From Felis catus (Eukaryota), in assembly GCF_018350175.1 (NCBI RefSeq), contig NC_058368.1, forward strand, positions 139,564,001 to 139,628,000: a stretch of DNA of 64,000 bases, in the 5' to 3' direction. This document shows positions 55,799-64,000 of the stretch, piece after piece. How positions within the stretch are numbered: position 1 is the stretch's first letter; every line of letters begins with the position of its first letter. Both the position numbers and the translations under genes were made by a program. The notes beneath the pieces are model-generated. The model was not told the origin of the DNA and searched no databases. It worked only from the letters and a program-made list of their open reading frames with translations.

Positions 55799-56786
55799 TA
55801 CTCTGATAGCAAAAAAAAATAATGTGGAAAATTTTGACTAGTTCAAAGAAATTGTTATTATTATAGTAACAATAGCTAACAAATAGCTATATAATAACTA
55901 ATAAAAGCTCACACTTATTTAGCATTTACTACAGGCCAGGCTCTAGCCAGATCACAGTCCTAGCTAGATCACAGAAGTGAAGCACAGAAGAGTTAGAAAA
56001 ATTGTCCAAGATCATGCAACTAACCAGTATTTACACTTGGTCATTCTGACTGGAAAGCGCAGTTTCTTAACATAAGATAACATAATGCAATCCAATAAAA
56101 CACAATCACCATAAAGATACATAGCTCAATGGCAAAGATACAAGGATTAAAAAAACTTTAAAAAACGAATGCTGATACTAAAAAATATTCCTCTGATAAT
56201 ACTTGGACATTATTATGAGAGTAGAGACAGCAAGCATGTAGTTTCCAGTCTTAAATTCCTAAATCCTTAATGATGTATATGAAAAGGAACATTAATTTAT
56301 AATATCCAAGGGTAATTTGCATAACAAAAATACAATCTGTTCAATGGAGCTGAGTATAATAATAGTAATGAGACAAATATTATTTAAAAAGACATTTCCC
56401 TGTTGAAATATGAGATACTCGAGATTAAAAGGGAGACTATTAAAACCTACTTTTATGCGATAACATACTCTGTAAACCATGTTCATCAAAGTTGTTGAAT
56501 CCTATCTAAAGAAACTACATGGTATTTAAAAACCAGGTATCTCCTACTTGTTACAATTCAATTTGAAATCTTTCAGGAGTGCCTCCTCCACGGCAAAATT
56601 CCAAGCTATTCACAGTACAGGATACAAAGGGCACATGCAAGCCTGATCGAGGAACTATTTAGTAGATAAGGAAGGCCTTTTAAATGCTTATTGTTACCAT
56701 TTAAAATTCAAAACCAAACAAGTGGCCTAACAGAAAGATATCTAGGAACTGGGAAAGCAGGCTGAAATATAGCACGGAAAGACTCA

Positions 56787-56891
<105 letters not shown>

Positions 56892-57413
56892 CTACCAGAG
56901 ACAGACAAAGAAAAAACCAAGTAATCAGAACAAAGGCACAACAGAGCATTCAGTACCAACTTCCAAACACAAGATAAAGAAAGAGAGAACAAAGCACCAT
57001 ATGAAACAGGCTCAGCAACAAGTGCTGACTTCATGCACCTATTATGGTTTATGCTCCAAAATCTTTCTAAAAAGAATGCAGTGCTTCCAGTAATACAAGA
57101 TAATACCACTTAACCCCAAAGAAAAAAAGTGACTTAATATAACTAGTTATGCTTCTGGTTAACTATCAGATTAGCCACTCCTATCCACCCCCATCCCCCC
57201 CTTTTCCCTTAAAGAAAAAAGAAAGAACATTATATTCAGAAGATGATTTCTAACCATTTTGGAGGAAAAACATACAAAAATGTATGTTTGGAAGAAAACA
57301 AAATACCCAAAAGTCTCATTACCTAAATTCAAGAAGAGAGAAACCTTATACAAGATAGTTCCATCCACACTGAAGAACAATACAATATATAATTTCAGTG
57401 AGCTGTGACATTA

Positions 57414-57512
<99 letters not shown>

Positions 57513-59811
57513 CTAAGAAAACATGTAATGTTAGGTGGGAAGGTTTTAAAGTGTACTTTGTAGCTTGAGAATGGATAATATAACCTGGAACTATCAACAT
57601 TTAATTACTGAACACTTTAGTACTTATAAATACTTGAATCACAAAAATACTCAAAAGATACAAGCCTTGCCAAATCCCGACACTTACTTCATGTATTCTA
57701 AATCAGTCTCTTCTTTAAGACACCACAGGTACCACCTTTGACCAGGGATGGGTTCTTTGATTCTGCCCCTGGTCAGACGCTCTAATACCAGCATGGCATT
57801 ATTTACCATGAATCTTGAATTAACACTGCTGTTAAAGTAATTTTCTTATATTCAAACTCTGGCCAAATTATTCCAATCATTCTACTTCATCAGGGATGTG
57901 CAGAGCTATATCATCTGAACCAGGGTCATCGTTTGCTTCAGTTTTGTTCCAAAGACCAGGTCATGGATATCTTATCTCCTTTCCATTAAGGTATCACACC
58001 TGTTAAGCTGTCACTTAACCTGCTTCCTCCTCCTGAGCTTGCCTAGTTTCTTCTCACTTAGTCAATATTTACTAAATATAATGTACCAGAGCCTGTGCTG
58101 TGTTGTGTGTGTACTCATCTTCTAACTATGCAGAAGACAAGCAGTAATTTCTATTCAGCACTATCTGAACAGAACTAAGATCTCATTTCTTATTCACCAC
58201 TTTATTAAAAATATCTTTCCTTATATTGGCAAATAACATAGAACAATGTAAACTCAAAAATGTCACTGAAGAATACCTAAGTAGTGGCTGTGCTGTGGAG
58301 AGCCCTGTGCAATATCTAATGATCTGAATCTTTGGAACTTCACTTCATGAATTACTGAAGTTTACTACTCTAGAGCATTACCATACTATAATTATCTTCG
58401 CGATATCAACATGTCTATTAGGCAAGGAAAATCATGGTCTGTTTAATGACCTATTTTGTAGCGTATCTACCACAGTGTCAACAGACTGAAGTTAAATAGT
58501 CCCATGAATATTTTTCTTTTAAAATTTACAAAAGTGTTCATCGATCCTTTTAAACTCCACCTCAACCACTGCATTAGTATCCAGTAGAGTAGCATTTTGG
58601 AGCCAGAAGAGAGAATTTGAATCATCTTGTGTAACTCTTTGTTTTACATATTAGAAGACCAAGGCCCAGAGAATTTAAGTGATAAGTTTACAGCTACATA
58701 GTTAGTCATTTACAAAACCCAGACTGAAGTTGTCTCGACCTACTCTCCCAGAATAGCACACGACTCTCCCCAAAATAGCACAACTTAGTTTAAAACAAAA
58801 TCAAAATAAAAAAACACCACGGTGAAGTAAAGCCAAACACAATGATACTCCTTCAGGTTACACTTTAGGCGTACAAATATGGAGCTCATTTAGGACCTGA
58901 AAGTTTCCACTCTTATTGAATGCTGCATAATCTCTTTTGAATGAGTGATATACTTTATAAATTAATGTAACAACACCTTTTTATCACTGATTTAGAAAAA
59001 AAATAATGAAAAATAAACATGAAAAGAAAATGTCACTCTTGGAGATGATTTACCCTCAGGGAGACAAACCAGTAAATGGGCATAACGGTCATGACTACCC
59101 TAGCAATGACAAAGAATGACAAGCCAACTTATCTACGCAAGTTAATTTGTAGTACAACTGATACATTTACGAATTTATTTGCAAGATGCTTAAAGCCCTG
59201 TGAAGAGTGACTAAAATTCACCCTTAAGTACCATCTAGTGGTAATATATGGTAACTTCACTACTGCACAACTAAAAGAAGGATCATACTAATCCTGAGAC
59301 TAGAGTTAAAGGATTTAAGAAATGTTTTCCTTCACTTTCCAAAAAGAGCTGGGTATGTCTGTTGCGAATTTGATAACGATGAAATACTGAGCAAAGTCAA
59401 AAGTGAGGAAGCAACTGAAGGTGAAGGTAGTTAAAGCTTTAAAGGAGTTAATAATAAAAATGGAATGGTAGTAATTTAGAAGAAAAAAATACATTCTTGG
59501 TCTTCTTCCTTGTGAATTCATATGGTCAGTACTTTGTGGTAAAGAGAAATTCACAGAGACTGTTTTATTCAGATTAAATATATACTTGTTCTAAATAGAA
59601 AGATAATAAAAGCTGGATACTTCAAGGGGAACAGGTGGAATATTTCCATTTAATTTCACGTAAATTATTCATGCTTCCTGTAAACAATCAGTGGTCTCCT
59701 TTCCATTGCTTAGAAATGAATCAATGAAGGAAGTGACTTGTAAAGATTCTTCTACATCTGTGACTCAGTGAAGACAGTTCATTTTCTGGGTTATTAGGTT
59801 CACAATTTTCA

Positions 59812-60006
<195 letters not shown>

Positions 60007-60266
60007 CTATTCAAATACACGAGAGGAAAAAAAAAACAGTTGATTAAAGAAAATATAAAACCTTCATAATCCTAGCATTAACTCTACAGGAAAGTTGAAA
60101 TGTGACTTGACAAATATTTATAAACCAGCTAATATATAAAGTAATATCAAAAGACAAGTAACATATGTTCTGTGCAAAATCATGAGTGTCACAATTAATT
60201 CATATACTCAATATTCATATACCCACTGTATACTGACCAACACTGTGTTAGGGTGATAGTTTAGAA

Positions 60267-60515
60267 CAGGGCTGTTGCTGAACTATGCCCTGGAGTTAAA
60301 TTTAGTTCACTGCCTACTTGTGCATGGCCTCTGAGCTGAGAATTTCATTTTTAAGTGGCTGGAGAAGAAAAAATAGCAACATTTCATGATGTGAGAATTA
60401 TAATATGGAATTAAAATAATGTTTTGTTGGAATATAATCATGCTCATTCATTTAGGAATTGTCTATGCCTCCTTTCATGCTACAGTGGCAGAGGTGAGTA
60501 CTTGTGAATGAGTAC
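60267..60515. mobile_element. MER58-like hAT-Charlie relic
   Basis: ttttgttggaatataatcatgctcattcatt...ttgtctatg...ctttcatgctacagtggcagag. Confidence 0.65.
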
Positions 60516-60696
60516 CTGATAAGAGAAAACATATAAAATCACAGAAAAGTAAGTACAAAGTTACATAAGATCTACTGATAGCCGATAACAAGCACAGACA
60601 GGAGTTTTCTGAGGGGCATCTTCCTAAACAAAGACTATTATTTCATGAAGAAAGAAAAACTGAACTGATGCTTGAAAGCCTGGTTAGATGGCAAAG

Positions 60697-60850
60697 CAGT
60701 GGTTCTCAATCAGCTAGGAAACTGCCTTGGGAACTTGTTAAATGGAAAATTCTTAGTCCCCGTACGCAGAAATTACTTTTCAGTGGATCTTGGGTGAAGC
60801 CAGGAATATGTATGTTTAATAAGTTCTCCAACCGATTCTCATGCAACTGG
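60697..60850. mobile_element. MER5-like MITE relic
   Basis: cagtggttctcaa...gggaacttgttaaa...tttaataagttctcca...gattctcatgca. Confidence 0.6.
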
Positions 60851-61231
60851 AACCTCAGCTGTATCAAATGCACAAAGAATAATAGAAAACAGAAATAAGC
60901 ACAGTATGTTCCTGCTGACACGAAACAAGTGAGTGGACTGTAAGTGGAACAATAGCTTCATGTTAGGGGAAAAGCTGAGGCTGAAAAGGTAGGCTGGGTT
61001 TAAGGTTCCCTAAATTTTTAAATATCCAAAGTAAGACACATGAATAATTGCTGGTCTGGAGTTTTTCCAGTTAGAATGATTACCCTAGGCCATCACTATC
61101 CCATTAGAAAGTACCTAACCTAGCAACATGACACCACCTGGGGCCAACGCAAAAAGGGTGGGAGGAACTACAGTGTAATGCTCTTGTCACTTGTCACAGG
61201 CATATGAGACATCTTGATTTAATGCACTAGT

Positions 61232-61450
61232 TTTTTGTTTTGTTTTTTCTAAATTTTTGTAATGTTTATCTATTGTGGACAGAGACAGAGCATGAGCAGG
61301 GGAAAGGCAGAGAGAGGAGGAGATACAGAATCCAAAGCAGGCTCCAAGCTGTCAGCACAGAGCCTGACACGGGGCTCGAACTCACAAACTGAGAGATTGT
61401 GACCTGAGCCAAAGTCGGACATTCAACCGACCAAGCCACCCAGGCGCTCC
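61232..61450 (-). mobile_element. Carnivore SINE
   Basis: TSD gatttaatgcactagtt. Confidence 0.94.
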
Positions 61451-61502
61451 GATTTAATGCACTAGTTCTTTTAGAGCTATGAGGCTCCCTCATAACCACG
61501 TT

Positions 61503-61504
<2 letters not shown>

Positions 61505-61557
<53 letters not shown>
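61505..61557. repeat. (AC)n microsatellite
   Basis: Seen directly. Confidence 0.95.
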
Positions 61558-61558
<1 letters not shown>

Positions 61559-62880
61559 CTTTTTATTCAGCTACAATATACAAAGAGTGCAAATTTCAAT
61601 GAATTATCATTAAGTGAACACAGCCATCAAACGACCAGCTGGATCGCCAACAAGAATAGTAACAACACTCCAGAGGCCTCTCTCCTACAGGATTCCCTTT
61701 ATAAGTCCAAACATTTCCGACATTCAAGTAACAGCAGTGTAACTTTGCTTGATGTAAGAAAAATACGAAATAGCCAAAATCTACTCTGAACTCAAACATA
61801 TTTCCTAATGCTTTTAAAACCTCTATTGATCATAACCACATCTACACTTGAAAAATTTTAATGCTCATTCAATCTATGCAATCACTTCAGTCTCAGGAGT
61901 CTACTAATTGGGAACTATAGTATTAAAAAATTCTACTTTGATAAGTGAAATGGGCAAATAAGACAGGTGCATCTTTCCTTTGATGGCACATGTAAGGGAG
62001 AACTACAGTAACTGGAATAAAATTTATTTATTAAAAAAACAACTTAAAAAAACCATTTTAACTCATCATGTTTACCAAGGAAAATAGCTATTTATTGCTA
62101 AATCTGTGGGAAACACCACTCTTTAGCTTACTTGCTCCATTAGCAGCACTTCTCATGTTAATGATGATCTTGGAAGAGTTCTCTCTCCTTGGATTCCTAA
62201 TTTCCCAATTCCTCTCTATCCAAGACTCCTCTTTGGACTCCCTTAAATGTGGGTGTTCCTCAGGGTTCTACCCTTGCTCTCCCCACAGCATTGGCCTCAG
62301 TCATGTGATGATTCCTGAAATCCACAGCCTATCTATCCATTTCTCACCCAAGCATTAGATCTTTGTATCTAATAATACCTAAAACCTCCTCTGGTTAATG
62401 TCTCAAAATTCGTATGCACCTCCAGTTCTCTTCATTCAATCACCACACTCTTTAATCCTAATTTTAAATATGTAAATTTATCGCTGGTGTCTGTTCCTAT
62501 TACTGTATCTTAATCTAAGTTATCTTCAATTCTCACCTGCGAGCCTGAAGTCTTGGAAGCTGCCAGTCAATGGCTGTCAACTTCAATCCACTACTCTCAC
62601 AGCAGGGAGCAAGAATGATTTTTCTAAAATGGTATATCTGAAAACTTTCACTTGCTTAAAACCCATTGCCTGAGGATATATAAGGATTCCTGTAGACCTT
62701 GCAAGCCTGGCTTACTACTCCCTCCTCTCAATAGGCTCCACCCTCCGATAAGGTCTTTCAGTTTCCCTGTGAGCAAAATGCTTTTGTTTTTTTTTTTTTT
62801 TTAAGTTTTCCTTTTCAGCCCCTACAAGCAAACATTCTTGCTATTCACCTGGTTAGTTTATACTCAGACTACTCATTCAT

Positions 62881-63257
62881 TTTTTTTTAAAATATAATTT
62901 ACTGTCAAATTGGTTAACATATAGGGTGTACAGTGTGCTCTTGGTTTTGGGGGTAGATTCTCATGATTCATCGCTTACATACAACATCCAGTGCTCATCC
63001 CAACAAGTGCTCTCCTCAGTGCCCATCACCCATTTTCCCCTCTTCCCCACACCCCCATCAACCCTCAGTTTGTTCTCTGTATTTAAGAATTTCTTATGGT
63101 TTGCCTCCCTCCCTCTCTGTTTGTATCTATTTTTTCCCCTTCCCTTCCCCCATCGTCTTCTGTTAAGTTTCTCAAGTTCCACATATGAGTGAAAACATAT
63201 GAGATGTGTCTTTCTCTGAATGACTTATTTCACTTAGCATAATACCCTCCAGTTCCG
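62881..63257 (-). mobile_element. 5'-truncated carnivore/felid L1 3' end
   Basis: T tail, then gattcatcgcttacatacaacatccagtgctcatccc...tgacttatttcacttagcataataccctccagttcc. Confidence 0.9.
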
Positions 63258-63267
63258 TCTCATTCTT

Positions 63268-63908
63268 TTTTTTTCCTTTTTTTTTAATGTTTATTTATTG
63301 TTGAAAGACAGAACACGAGCAGTGGAGGGCCAGAGAGAGAAGGACACAGAATCTGAAGCAGGCTCCAGGCTCTGAGCTGTCAGCACAGAGCCTGACGTGG
63401 GGCATGAACCCATGAGCTGTGAGATCAGGACCTGAGTGGAATTTGGATGCTCAAGCGACTGAACCACCCAGGTGCCCCTAGTTCCGTCTCATTCTTAAGA
63501 TTTCAGCTAAGATGCTGGGAAGCCACCCTGACTCAAAAACCTCTCGGTGCTAACAGTGTTAAACTCACCTGTTAAATAGCCTGTTTTCCCATTAGGTACT
63601 CGGGCAGGATCCTGTATATCCATGCCTAGTACAGTGTCTTGCATACATAGTATATCTTAAGGAATGAATTTAAGATTATAACGTAATTTCTGGGGATGCC
63701 TGGGTGGCTCAGTTGGTTAAGCACCCGACTGCAGCTCAGGCCATGATCTCGCAGTCTGTGAGTTCAAGCCCCGCATTGGGCTCTGTGCTGAAAGTTTGGA
63801 GCCTGGAGCCTGGAGCCTGCTTCGGATTCTGTGTCTGTCTCTGTCTCTGCCCCTCCCTTACTCGCACTCTGTCTCAGTCTCTCAAAAATAAAAATTAAAA
63901 AAAAAAAA
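63268..63908. mobile_element. Two divergent SINEs (- 63268-63478; + 63692-63908)
   Basis: The first has TSD agttccgtctcattctt at the L1 junction; the second is a full forward copy. Confidence 0.92.
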
Positions 63909-64000
63909 TCACTTTTATTATGATAGAAGAAGATAAGATTCAGTAGGTTGAGAGGGAAAGATTAGGGCCTGAGGTCCCTGGGTAGAGAAAAACACATATT

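Overview
Mammalian genomic DNA from a cat-family (Felidae-like) carnivore, judged from about 30 tRNA-derived carnivore SINEs (SINEC_Fc type) and carnivore L1 3' ends. The window holds the complete HMGCR gene on the + strand: a CpG-island promoter with SRE, CRE and CCAAT boxes, non-coding exon 1, and 19 coding exons that splice to an intact 2667-nt, 888-aa ORF. Tail-to-tail with it on the - strand is the 3' half of CERT1 (COL4A3BP/GPBP). That part includes coding exons 9-17 (FFAT exon, 78-nt GPBP/CERTL cassette exon, START-domain exons) and a probable spliced distal 3'-UTR exon. The rest is introns and intergenic DNA with SINEs, MIRs, L1 fragments, DNA-transposon relics and microsatellites. I see no convincing new gene or new biological system. 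The most notable unexplained structures are: (1) a ~410-bp fold-back palindrome in HMGCR intron 6, apparently built from one SINE; (2) a CERT1 3'-UTR intron whose acceptor could also give an alternative 44-aa C-terminus; (3) a nested palindrome carrying twin AP-1 sites between the genes; (4) an A525T change in the conserved GACCENVIG motif of HMGCR. Human comparisons and repeat-family names are from memory, not from database searches.
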